From positions 91,264,001 through 91,328,000 of the forward strand of contig NC_043003.1 in assembly GCF_006345805.1 (NCBI RefSeq): a stretch of 64,000 nucleotides of DNA, read 5' to 3'. The position numbers were made by a program, and so were the translations under genes. This DNA comes from Octopus sinensis (Eukaryota). How positions within the stretch are numbered: the stretch's first letter is position 1; every line of letters begins with the position of its first letter. Shown piece by piece: positions 1 to 12,069 of this stretch. The notes under the pieces were generated by a model. That model saw nothing but the letters and a program-made list of their open reading frames with translations. It was not told the DNA's origin and did not search any database.

Positions 1-88
1 ATTTGCTTTGAAGTGAGAGGTGAAAGTAAAAGAGAGGAGAAAGTGAAAGATATACGTGTGTGAGAAAGAGAGAGAGAGAGAGAGAGGG

Positions 89-133
<45 letters not shown>

Positions 134-373
134 TGTGTGTGAGTGAGTGAAGGTATGTGTTGTGATGTATGAATTTTTTGCATGTATGTGTGTCACTCAC
201 TTCCTCTCTCTCTTTCTCACACATACACACATTATCTTTCATAAACACATACATAAATAGGCGGAGGTAAAGAATACGTACACCAACCATTTTCAGCGTA
301 ACCCTAACCTTAAACATCAGGTGCGCGCATTCTTTACCTTCGCCCAAAAATATATATGCATACATCTTTTTTG

Positions 374-423
<50 letters not shown>

Positions 424-700
424 TGTGTGTGTGTGACTGTATTACCTCATAACATATAGAGAAATGGATATCTTTTAATGCATTTTTTATATATGACTTA
501 TTTTAATACAATATTTCTGTGTACATTTTCATAAATGTTTGTCCGAGTAGAATTCTACGCATGCGTGAAATATTGGACGAAAGTGAAACATTAGAAGCAA
601 ATTGAAATATTGTCCGAAAATGACCTCAAAATTGTGCGACCGCGTAGTTGCCGAGGTTATTTTAGTTGTAAAAAAGAGTTATTGAGTGAAAAACATGGTT
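1..700. repeat. Fragment of a dispersed MITE-like family (also 1262-1615, 1907-2262, 38920-39790)
   Basis: Shared blocks such as tttgaagtgagag..gaaagt, gttaatttccg.aaaa and ttgtccgagtagaatt recur at these loci; at 39295-39760 two copies are inverted. Confidence 0.55.
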
Positions 701-774
701 TATTTGGTAGATAGATAAGCAGCGGCTGTTTCGTTATAACTCTCAAAGTGTCAACGAACTGTTATCAGCTGTTT

Positions 775-988
775 TGTTACTCTTTTACTTGTTTCAGTCA
801 TTTGACTGTGGCCATGCTGGAGCACCGCCTTTAGTCGAGCAAATCGACCCCAGGACTTATTCTTTGGAAGCCTAGTACTTATTCTATCGGACCTCTTTTG
901 CCGAACCGCTAAGTTACGGGGATGTAAACACACCAGCTTCGGTTGTCAAGCGATGTTGGGGGGAACAAACACAGACACCCAAACATAC

Positions 989-1034
<46 letters not shown>

Positions 1035-1036
1035 TG

Positions 1037-1075
<39 letters not shown>

Positions 1076-1260
1076 ATGTATGTATGTATATACACATATA
1101 TACGACGGGCTTCTTTCAGTTTCCGTCTACCAAATCCACTCACAAGGCTTTGGTCGTCCCGAGGCTATAGCAGAAGACATTTGCCCAAGTGCCATGCAGT
1201 GGGAATGAACCCGGAACCATGTGGTTGGGAAGCAAGCTACTTACCACAGAGCCACTCCTG
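775..1260 (-). mobile_element. Full-length tRNA-derived SINE (head + microsatellite + tail)
   Basis: Minus strand starts GCAGGAGTGGCTCTGTGGTAAG (A box) then GGTTCATTCCC (B box); GT/TA array; tail ..gactgaaacaagtaaaag. Same family at 26270-26685. Confidence 0.85.
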
Positions 1261-1361
1261 CACTTGTTAGTTAATTTCCGTAAAAGAATTTTATTTATTT
1301 ACTTTTGTTTTAAAGTGAGAGAAGAAAGTGAAAAATGTATGAACGTGTATATGAAATGGAC

Positions 1362-1412
<51 letters not shown>

Positions 1413-1685
1413 ACCTACACATACATGAGAACACACACGTTCTCTCTCTCACACAGACGCGCGCGCGCACATGTACATACAAAAAAGATGTATGCATATA
1501 TATTGATGTATGTACGTATACATGACAACACACCCCTTCAGTCGCTCTCTTTCTCTCTCTCTCTTTCTCCCTTCTTATCTCTCTTCCTCTCTTCCGATTA
1601 TATAACTTGACGCTCATCAGTTAGCTAATATGAAAGGGAATATGGCAACTGCTTTCTATTATCGTGTGTGTGTGTGTGGTGTGTG

Positions 1686-1719
<34 letters not shown>

Positions 1720-2007
1720 ATGTATATACACATATATACGACGGGCTTCTTTCAGTTTCCGTCTACCAAATCCACTCACAAGGCTTTGGTCGTCCCGAGG
1801 CTATAGCAGAAGACATTTGCCCAAGTGCCATGCAGTGGGAATGAACCCGGAACCATGTGGTTGGGAAGCAAGCTACTTACCACAGAGCCACTCCTGCACT
1901 TGTTAGTTAATTTCCGTAAAAGAATTTTATTTATTTACTTTTGTTTTAAAGTGAGAGAAGAAAGTGAAAAATGTATGAACGTGTATATGAAATGGACGTG
2001 TGTGTGT

Positions 2008-2056
<49 letters not shown>

Positions 2057-2310
2057 CCACCTACACATACATGAGAACACACACGTTCTCTCTCTCACAC
2101 AGACGCGCGCGCGCACATGTACATACAAAAAAGATGTATGCATATATATTGATGTATGTACGTATACATGACAACACACCCCTTCAGTCGCTCTCTTTCT
2201 CTCTCTCTCTTTCTCCCTTCTTATCTCTCTTCCTCTCTTCCGATTATATAACTTGACGCTCATCAGTTAGCTAATATGAAAGGGAATATGGCAACTGCTT
2301 TCTATTATCG
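1021..2310. repeat. Near-identical tandem duplication, ~645-bp unit
   Basis: 1021-1663 and 1664-2310 repeat GT array + SINE head + MITE fragment + unique 60 bp; differences mainly in microsatellite length. Confidence 0.9.
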
Positions 2311-2327
2311 TGTGTGTGTGTGTGTGT

Positions 2328-2349
<22 letters not shown>

Positions 2350-2360
<11 letters not shown>

Positions 2361-2530
2361 ATCCCCCACCACCGCTTGACAACCGGTGACGGTGTGTTTA
2401 CATTCACGTAACTTCGTGACTCTGCAATAGAGAGCGATAGAATTAGTACTAGGTTTCAAAAAATAAGTCCTAGGGTCGCTTTGTTCGATTAAAACTTTTC
2501 AAGGTGGTGCCCTAGCAAGGCCGCAATCAA
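2350..2530 (+). mobile_element. Diverged SINE tail (family of 775-1260)
   Basis: cccccaccaccgcttgacaaccg..gtgaaacagg is the reverse complement of the 775-985 tail. Confidence 0.7.
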
Positions 2531-2544
2531 AAGAGTGAAACAGG

Positions 2545-2700
2545 TGTACAGACGAGAAGCTTCCTTCTATCAAACCCATTCACAAGGATTTGGTCAACTC
2601 GGGATCATAGTAGAAGGCACTTGCCCAAAGTCGCACACATTGGGATCGAACTTGGAACCATATGATTGGGAAATAAACTTGTTACAACAAACCCTTGCCT
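2545..2700 (-). mobile_element. Diverged SINE head (family of 775-1260); similar heads at 22495-22640 (+) and 30960-31105 (-)
   Basis: cacaagg.tttggtc..tagtagaagg.acttgccc..gaac..ggaacca aligns to 1105-1260. Confidence 0.65.
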
Positions 2701-2916
2701 ACATAAAATGTGTGTTCGTGTGTGTTTGTGTTTGTGTGTGTATGTAATATATATGTTCTATCTATCTATCTATCTAATTGTCCGTCTGTCTGTCTGTACA
2801 TAGACAGACACACACACACACACGTGTGTGTGTGTGTAACGTTTTATGTACCATATAAATGACAGGAGAAATTAATTAGTAGATATGCCTTTATTTTATT
2901 GTTACAATGTAATTAT

Positions 2917-3130
2917 ATTTCTTTACTACCCACAAGGGGCTAAACACAGAGGGGACAAACAAGGACAGACAAACGGATTAAGTCGATTATGTCGACCCCA
3001 GTGCGTAGCTGGTACTTAATTTATCGACCCCGAAAGGACCTCGGTGGAATTTGAACTCAGAACGTAACGGCAGACGAAATACGGCTACGCATTTCTCCCG
3101 GTGTGCTAACGGTTCTGCCAGCTCGCCGCC
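2917..3130 (-). mobile_element. tRNA-derived SINE (Meta-domain-like family) with 15-bp target-site duplication
   Basis: Minus strand GGCGGCGAGCTGGCAGAA..GAGTTCAAATTCC..TTTCGGGGTCGATAAATTAAGTACCAG; ttgttacaatgtaat on both flanks (2899-2913, 3131-3145). Confidence 0.85.
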
Positions 3131-3483
3131 TTGTTACAATGTAATATAAGATACGACTTCAAAGAGTTGCTGTTGTACACAGAGTATTTGTAGTTCCGTT
3201 ATCCATTCTGTAGGTTGTTAAGTTCGTCTGTGATTGACTGTTCGAAGAGGAATGGAAGAAGGAGAGAGAAAGAGTAAAAGAATTTACTTCTCCAGGTTGA
3301 CAAGTAGTGAGGGAAGTTCTGTAGTCCCGCGAAAACAAGCCATACGCGAAGCGCTCCTTTTGCCTGGGGATAAGCGAAAAAGGTAGAAACCGATTTCGGA
3401 TTCCGTATATACATGTTTAGGTCAGGCTAAACAAAGGATTTTTGGTCGAACTTTTGGTGACCGCAAATGTTAAAGAATAGAAC

Positions 3484-4042
3484 TGTCACATATAAATGGG
3501 ACGGTTGACTCATAGGGTTTTTGGTACAAATGCTGAGAGTAATAGGAAGGAGCTCGTAGTAAAATTTAGTTTCGGTTTCGAATCCTGGTTAAGAATCCAG
3601 AAATCGGACATACATATAACATACAGACGGATATCCGTGTGATATTTTGAACTCAGTACATCATTGTTGCTATGTGTCATCAACTTGCATATAACGTGAC
3701 AAAGCAACATTCAGTACAAATAATCCGTTCCTAAGAACAAACGTGTTTCATTCACAGACTGCCAATGTGTTTATATTGACTATATATCGTTTATATTAAC
3801 GATTGACTAATCGCTCATACTACAAGCTGTGTGTAAGGATAAATGGTAGATACTTGTGTGGCTTCAATTTAATTCTTGTTAAAATGAAACCTATTTCTAA
3901 CATGGTTTCTGATTCAGGCATAAATCCGGGATCTGTTCCATCTCAATCACTAATTATTTTTTTTTAAACTAAACAGTTTGAAACTTCGAATACTGGTAGA
4001 ATTGCTCACGTAGAACACGGTTTACTCTGAACGTTTTTGACA
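3484..4042. repeat. LTR-like direct repeat, copy 1 (TGTCA...TGACA)
   Basis: 559 bp, about 11 differences by eye from 5169-5728; both copies begin TGTCA and end TGACA. Confidence 0.8.
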
Positions 4043-4924
4043 AAATTTCGTATTTTAAGTTATTTTGTGTTAAAGTTGTCGTATTTGAGTAATTTCAATA
4101 GTAATCGAAGAGGAACAACTTCCGGGTCATCTCTACTAAATGTCATAAGTCTGTTCTATTCGCATGGCGCGCGAAGAAGATGCCTCCTTTATCCTTTCTT
4201 CCCTTCTAGTCAGCACCGTGCATTCCTTACTCTTTCCCTCCCTTCTACACTATCAAATAGCAACCAGCGAGCGAACTTGTCACTGCCACTACAATTACCG
4301 TAATTCCCAGTGTATAAGTTACTATTTGTTTTGATAATGTTTTTTTTTATCTAATAAAGACTTTTATATTGACGAAATGTGTTTGTTGTTGATTATAGTA
4401 AGATAAAATCATGACAATAACAATACATTTCATAATTGTAAAATAAGGCATTTTGAAACAACATATACGTCAACAACAAAAAAGCTACCTGCGGATTCGT
4501 TGCACTATAAGTCTTTTAAACACTGGCGCGCTTTATGTGTGGATGAAACACCGAGGTCGGGCAACGAATAAATATATGTAAATAACAATTCTTCCTTCTT
4601 GGTGTTGATTTTTCGATGGTGTTGATTCTTCGAACAGAGTGGTGACATTTTGTAGAGATGACCCGGAAGTTGTTTCTCTTCGATTACTATCGTAAACAGC
4701 AGTAGCTTTATTCAACCGAATACACGTCGTTGATTGGTTGAAATTACCCAAATACGACAACTTTAACATGAAATAACTTAAAATACGAAATAATGTAAAT
4801 AATGTACATAATTCCTCATCTCTTAAATAAGTACCAGTTGAGCACTTTGATAGATATAATTGTCTTTCCCTCTCCTCCAAAATTGCTAGCCTTGTACTAA
4901 AATTTGAATCCATTATTATTATAA

Positions 4925-5105
4925 AGGTAGTGAGGTGGCAGAATCATTAGTGCATTGGAAAAAGAAAAGAATGTTTTGCAGTATTTGATCCAGCTCTTCA
5001 TGTTTTGGTTTCAAATCCTGCTGATGACAACTTTGCCTTTCACCTTTCGTGGTCGATAAAATAAAGTAATAGTCGAGAGCTGGAGCCGATGCTATCAGCT
5101 AACTA
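4925..5105 (+). mobile_element. Diverged SINE, family of 2917-3130
   Basis: gaggtggcagaatc..ttcaaatcc..ctttgcctttcacctttcgtggtcgataaaataaagta. Confidence 0.7.
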
Positions 5106-5168
5106 ACTAAACTCCCTACCTTAACATATCGGATTTAGGATCTATTCCATGTCAATCACAGAGTCAAC

Positions 5169-5728
5169 TGTCACATATAAATGGGACGGTTGACTCATAG
5201 GTTTTTTGGTACAAATGCTGAGAGTAATAGGAAGAAGCTCGTAGTAAAATTTAGTTTCGGTTTCGAATCCTGGTTAAGAATCCAGAAATCGGACATACAT
5301 ATAACATACAGACGGATATCCGTGTGATAGTTTGAACTCAGTACATCATTGTTGCTATGTGTCATCAACTTGCATATAACGTGACAAAGCAACATTCAGT
5401 ACAAATAATCCGTTCCTAAGAACAAACGTGTTTCAATCACAGACTGCCAATGTGTTTATATTGACTATATATCGTTTATATTAACGATTGACTAATCGCT
5501 CATACTACAAGCTGTGTGTAAAGATAAATGGTAGAAAATTGTGTGGCTTCAATTTAATTCTTGTTAAAATGAAACCTATTTCTAACATGGTTTCTGATTC
5601 AGGCATAAATCCGGGATCTGTTCCATCTCAATCACTAACTGTTTTTTTTTTAAACTAAACAGTTTGAAACTTCGAATACTGGTAGAATTGCTCACGTAGA
5701 ACACGGTTTACTCTGAATGTTTTTGACA
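5169..5728. repeat. LTR-like direct repeat, copy 2
   Basis: 560-bp copy of 3484-4042 with the same termini. Confidence 0.8.
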
Positions 5729-5777
5729 TATAGTATATACATATATATATACACACATCTATATACATTTATGCGTG

Positions 5778-5809
<32 letters not shown>

Positions 5810-5848
5810 CATACATACATACATACATACATACATACATACATACAT

Positions 5849-6402
5849 AAATGGTGGCTGCCCCCTCGTTATCGAGTATGGCCATTGCACGAAGCTTAAT
5901 CAATGTTGTTATCGTGCAATGCCTGCGCAAGAAGATTTTTTTTAAAGTGAGGAAAGGCTGTGCACTGAGTCAATCCCACTCACTAAGCAACAGCAGCCAT
6001 AATCCGAAAAGAAGAACAAGTCAACATCATCGGTAACCACTGAGCCGCAGGTTTTATGTCGGAGTTATCCCAGTTACCTGAGTTACCTTCTCCTAGAAGG
6101 ATGCCCTAACAAAGGCTAGGAGTCCTTCACTCCCAATGGTTTAACCGCGCGATCGGGTATTCAGTCCAATTATTTCTATGTCTCCGCGCATGATACAGCC
6201 TTAAGGCATTTATTTGATGGCCGTTGACTCTCAAGAGTTCCTCCGCCCTTTGACGGGTTTTGTTTTTCATCCTGCCGGGTGTCCAATAAACACCCTCCTC
6301 ACCAAGCAAGCTTGGTGGGGTTGCCGGTTTAGTCGCCAACGACCCGACCGTGCAACAGGTTGTACTGGGTTACATGTTACCAGCATTCGAAAGTGATCTG
6401 AC
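5849..6402 (-). mobile_element. ~550-bp non-autonomous RTE-derived retroelement, copy A
   Basis: Reverse complement of 21268-21825. 3' end gcaatggccatactcgataacgagggggcagccacca matches the tail of the RTE fragment at 13333-13525; (ATGT)n flanks. Confidence 0.75.
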
Positions 6403-6439
6403 ATACATACATACATACATACATACATACATACATACA

Positions 6440-6470
<31 letters not shown>

Positions 6471-6661
6471 CGTGTGTGTGTGTGTGTGTGTGCAAAGATA
6501 AATAAATGTACTTGTGTAATCAATGTAATACACCTGTTTCTTCTATAAGACGTAGTGCACTCGAGTTAATTTGATGTTCATCATACAGAGAAAAGATCAC
6601 CATCACGAATATTTGAATACATAAGTATTGGAGTATAGAGTTTGAGGGCTAGAAGCCACTC

Positions 6662-6723
<62 letters not shown>

Positions 6724-8254
6724 CGCGTGTTAATCGATATGCCTATATAGGTAAACGGAAGCTAACATATTAAATGAACCAGTCAGTATATTGTCAGTAC
6801 ATTAAGCAGCTGTCTCTTAAAGCTTTTTAACAATTCACTAATTAATTATTAAACAGGAAACCAAATGATACTTTTAAAATTGAGCATGAATTCGGGTAGT
6901 TTTTTTATTTCATTATTTTTTTTTTTTTTTAGCAACAAAACGAAAGTTGGCAATGGATTAATTTACGTGTAAAAGAGGAGTTTCTAGATAAATATTTCCC
7001 TGGAAACCAGAGATATTGACGTTCTTTAATAGGTATCCTATGTTTAGCTATAATTGCGATCCCAACGTGAAGAAAATGATTTCAGGTAGACTCACCTAAT
7101 GGAGTGTTCCAAATTATACTTGAAAGAAAATGCAAAATGGTGCCTGTTAGATCAGGTATGCAATGTCAAAATCAGTGGTACTCGAAGTTGAATTCACCTC
7201 AAGCACTTGTAGCATTTATTTTATCCAATTAGAAAACACCTCTTACACTGGGATTTCTACACTACAATTTTCCAGATCAGCTTTCTGTTTGCATACTAAA
7301 ATTGCATACCAAATTTTCACATGCAAAACACACACCTCTACATTTTGAGATATCTTCAATTTTTGGGTATATCAGCAAAGCACCATGACCACCAGATATT
7401 AATAGTTATACATCTCAACCAAATATGACAACGCATATACTAAAGATAAAAGCAAAAACTTAAATTAGATACAACATAATATGTCTATGAAATTCTTTTT
7501 CGCGTTTTTAATGAAGTTTTTAATTTTTATAATGAACTAATTTGCTGACGATCCAAAGGACGCAACTTAGGTTTTGAAATACCATATTCCCACCCTTTCC
7601 AGGTGAGGGGAGCATTCACATTCATTTAACGTTTTCCCCTCAAATATTCTCGTAAGTGTAGCCATTGTGTAATCAAACCTAATGATTGCCGAGTAAAATA
7701 GCAACGACCTTAACTAACCTAAGCACGATATCTTCCTCGCAGTGGGAAACTTAAATAATTGGGTGCAAATAATATACTGTCTGTCTGTCTGTATGTATGT
7801 ATGTATGTGTGTATGTTGTATGTATGTATGTATGTATGTATGTATGTATGCATGTATATACACTGAACCGCAAAAGAAACGCGATTTTTTCAAATGTCAT
7901 TTTTATATAGTAAATTCTGAAAATTTATTTCGCGGATGTAAGTGTAAATATTCTAAGAGATGCTGGTTTATACTGAGACCCAAATTGCAGGTAACCTTTC
8001 AACTTCCCCTGAAACGAGACGCCAAAATGCAGCTGCGTTGATGCCGTGAGTGGCAGTCGCAAACAAATGTCATGAAAACCGAAATGCACGTGCATCTCGT
8101 AGAGGTTATGGGTATAAGAATCAACTTGAACCGCGTTCCTGGCATTCTAAATTTCTCACTTCTTGAGTTCGGACATGGTGTTTCAAAGTGCCAAGGTTTG
8201 TAAGAAACATAGAAAAAGAACTGTCTAAGCATGAAAAAGAATTTTTTTTAAATT

Positions 8255-8822
8255 ATGAACCTATTAATATGGATAAAAATCTGAAAAATTTTGCAGCTGT
8301 GGTGGAGTTTCCTAGGAAGAAGTCAATTTCGAGAGGCGGGAGCTGGCGAAGTACAGAGACCAAATGAAAAAGGAGGGGCATGAAAAGTTAAAGTGACCCC
8401 TCCTAGCGAAGTTACACATAGTATAGAAAGAAAGACGATTATTTTTTAAACTTTTGACATCAAATAAAAGAAATTAGAAGTAGTTTCAAAGGAACAGGTA
8501 GAAAGTTGATTAAATCCCAATAGGCACGACATTACGTATCTTGCCAGGAGAATGAAATATGCAACGGTAGAGGTGCGGTTTATAACTGAAAAGAAGACCA
8601 GGCAACACTCCATGGCCTCCCTGAAGTGGCTTTATTCCCAACTTACCTTGGAAGACGTGCTTCCAGGGTAAGAGTGAATGAAATTCCACCGAAATATTGC
8701 GGACACCATCCCGGTGGGTAATGATGCAAGATTAAGAGTTGTAGTGGAGGGCAGGAAGCCTCGTTGCTTCAAGTGTGGCCAGAAAGGCCACATAAGAGCA
8801 GAATGTCCTCCGCCTCCTGTAA
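8255..8822 (+). pseudogene. Tx1/L1-type LINE ORF1 remnant, 5' part, with CCHC zinc knuckle
   Basis: Translates ..LRVVVEGRKPRCFKCGQKGHIRAECPPPP; upstream frameshifted NFAAVVEF / SEVTHSIERKTIIF. Confidence 0.7.
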
Positions 8823-10105
8823 TATTGGGTCAAGTATGAAATTTATAGAAAAGAAAAAAGTTTGCTAATGTTTTATAAATACAGGAATAGTTTTATTCAT
8901 CAAAGTTTGCACCCATGTTGTCAATAAACTTTTGCCATTTCAGCGGTAGCTTGTCCAGCCTGCAAAAACTGTAAAAGCCTGGCAATCTAGAGTCAATAAA
9001 ATCTTGGAAGGGTTAAGGTTAGGGTTAGGGTTTTACAGCATCAACGGAATTAAATTTTTTTCCTATCAAAAAGTTATCCAAATTCTGGAAGAAGTGGTAG
9101 TCAGTGGGGGTAAGATTAGGTGAGTATGGTGGATGATGGAGAACTGCCAACTCCGAATCCCATAGTTTCGCCAATGTCATTTTTGCAATGTGTGGTCTGG
9201 CGTTGTCTTGCACTAAAATAGGAGTTGATCTGTTGAGTAATCTAGGATGTTTTTTTTTTTTTTGTAAGCTTCTGCATCAGTTGGTCCAGTTGTCTGCAGT
9301 ATACTTCGGCCGTGATTGATGAGCTAGGTTTAATGAAATCATAATGGATCACACCTGCGCCAGACCACCAAACACACCCCATCAGCTTATTTTAATGAAT
9401 TATGCTTTTTGGACTGTGTTTTGGTGACTCGTCTTTGTCCAACCATTGTACCGAACATTTACGGTTGTTGTATTGAATCCATTTCTCAACACGTTACAAT
9501 TCGATTCAATATTATTCAATTTTGTGACGAGAAAGTAGCATAACGCAGGCTTCCAAACGTTGCTGTTTCTGATTTTCATTGAGTTTATGTGGAACCCACT
9601 TATCCAACTTTTTTACTTTACTATTGTTTGCTTGCTAACACCAAACAACAACGACAATTCACGGGCACTTTGAGATGGATCTGACTCGACAGTGGCTTTC
9701 AGTTTGTCATTATCCACCTTTGTTTCTGGTCGACCACGTTGCGCATTTGTAAGATCAAAGTTACCAGAACGAAATTTTGAAAACTAAATTGATACTGTCT
9801 GCTGTGTAATAACATTAGTATGAAATACTCCATTAATTTTCCGAACTGTCTGTGATACTGTATTTCTAAGAAAGAACTCATATTTCAAAACTGTACGAAT
9901 TTCCGACTTATTCATCTCTAAACAAAAATAGCCAAAAAACGATTTATAAATACTTTATAAAGCGCAAAATGAGTTAGAATAAAGAAATAGATGTGTCAAC
10001 CTTCTAACAAAAAAATATTGTCAAAATATAATAATGGCGCAAAATGAGCAGCTGTCAAAGTTTACCATGTACCTCACTACAAATATCATATTTGACGATC
10101 TAATA
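8823..10105 (-). mobile_element. Decayed full-length mariner (DD34D)
   Basis: QDNARPH..HPPYSPNLTPTD with 34 residues between the two D; degenerate TIRs tattgggtcaagtatgaaatt / atatcatatttgacgatctaata; TA at both ends; ~1.28 kb. Confidence 0.9.
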
Positions 10106-10410
10106 GCACCAGTGGCCCCACCAGCTGAAAAAGTAACCGCACCTCCACCTCCTGCGAAAACAGAAAAGGTGAATGCGGAGGAGCTAAGAGCACAAGTGGA
10201 AAAAGCGGCGGAAATTGAATGGTCTACGGTCTCAAGAAGGAAAAGAAGAAGGAGGAAAAACACTCACTCCACTGATACTAGTTCCCACCCTACCCCACAG
10301 ACACTAACAACATAACAACGACCCGTGGACTATGGTCAAAATGCATCCAAGAAACTGACTTTATCAGATTTATCAAAATTTATCTCTGATATAATGAAAT
10401 TAAAACATAT
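10106..10410 (+). pseudogene. Tx1/L1-type ORF1 remnant, 3' part
   Basis: Removing the mariner restores the frame PPPPVIAPVAPPAEKVTAPPPPAK..EWSTVSRRKRR. Confidence 0.7.
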
Positions 10411-10419
10411 TTCAATATC

Positions 10420-10447
10420 ACACACGTATATACATATATATATGTAT

Positions 10448-10508
<61 letters not shown>

Positions 10509-10755
10509 CATATATATATACATATAGTATATACATATATATATATACATATATATATACATATAGTATATAATATATATATATATATATACATATATAT
10601 ATACATATAGTATATACATATATATATACATTATATATATACATATATAATATATACATATATATATATACATATAGTATATACATATATATATATATAT
10701 ATATACATATATATATACATATAGTATATAATATATATATACATATAGTATATAC

Positions 10756-10806
<51 letters not shown>

Positions 10807-10925
10807 AGGTAAAAAATTATCATGCTGGCCACTTGATAATTTCGACACTTAAATATCGATGTATCCTCATATATAAATTTATATACATATATATATACAT
10901 ATAGTATATACATATATATATATAC

Positions 10926-10997
<72 letters not shown>

Positions 10998-11044
10998 TAT
11001 ACATAAATGTATATATAGTATACACACACACACACATATATATA
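10420..11044. repeat. Compound (TA)n microsatellite with recurring atatatacatatagtat subunit; similar arrays at 13135-13332, 35765-36090, 56820-57310
   Basis: Direct inspection. Confidence 0.95.
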
Positions 11045-11880
11045 TGCTGAGGATATGCGTAAGCTCGCAAGAAATGAAGCCAGTATGCTCCGATGGATGT
11101 GTAATGTCAGTGTTCATACTCGACAGAGTGTAAGTACCTTGAGAGAAAAGTTGGACCTAAGAAGCATCAGTTGTGGTGTGCAAGAGAGACGTTTGCGCTG
11201 GTATGGTCATGTGACGAGAATGGCTGAAGATAGTTGTGTGCAAAACTACCACACCCTAGCGGTTGAGGGAACCTGTGGAAGAGGTAGACCCAGGAAAACC
11301 TGGGACGAGGTGATGAAGCACGACCTTCGAACTTTAGGTCTCACCAAGGAAATGACTAGAGACCGAGACCTATGGAAGTATGCTGTGCATGAGAAGACCC
11401 GGCAGGACAAGTGAGACCATAACCCATGGCCTCTACCTGGGATGTAGCCAGTCAACTTATGCATACCTTTCCTTCTTGGGACACAAAACTCCACTTGTGA
11501 CGACCTGTTGAGGCAAGAGGAAATCAGAACCAAAATCGAAGTCGATCAACATCAATGGAAATTGCAGCTGTGATACCAGTGCCAGTGGCATGTAAGCGAA
11601 CCATCCAATCGTGGCCGTTGCCAGCACTGCCCCACAGGCCTCCGTGCCGGTGGCACGTAAAAAGCACCATCCGATCGTGGCCGTTGCCAGCCCCGTCTGG
11701 CACCTGTGCTGGTGGCACATAAAAAGCACCCACTACACTCACGGAGTGGTTGGCATTAGGAAGGGCATCCAGTCGTAGACTGGACCTGGTGCAGCCTTCT
11801 GGCTTCCCAGACCCCAGTTGAACCGTCCAACCCATGCTAGCATGGAAAGCGGACGCTAAACGATGATGATGATGATGATG
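11045..11880 (+). mobile_element. 5'-truncated RTE LINE (ORF C-terminus + 3' UTR + (GAT)n tail)
   Basis: [27 protein letters not shown] nearly identical to 34890-35253; ends ggacgctaaacgatgatgat. Confidence 0.92.
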
Positions 11881-12069
11881 ATATATAGTATATACATAGA
11901 TGTAAATGCATACCAAAACAACTATACAACTTCATATATATACAAACAAATACAAGTATATAAGGAATATATACATACATACACATGTATATATAACCCC
12001 ACAAGTAATTATACATCATAGTTTAAATATGTAAAAACATAATACCAATACCAGTATAAGCCAGACTAC

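Noticed and set aside
1613-2266. CUGAUGAG on the minus strand at 1613-1620 and 2259-2266
   Set aside because: No GAAA or helix II partner follows.
5849-6402. HDV-like or twister ribozyme in the RTE-derived element
   Set aside because: ACC/GGU and UAACUCCG fragments are present, but I could not build the required pseudoknots by eye.
10034-10315. ORF as a host gene
   Set aside because: It is a chimera of mariner terminal sequence and LINE ORF1.
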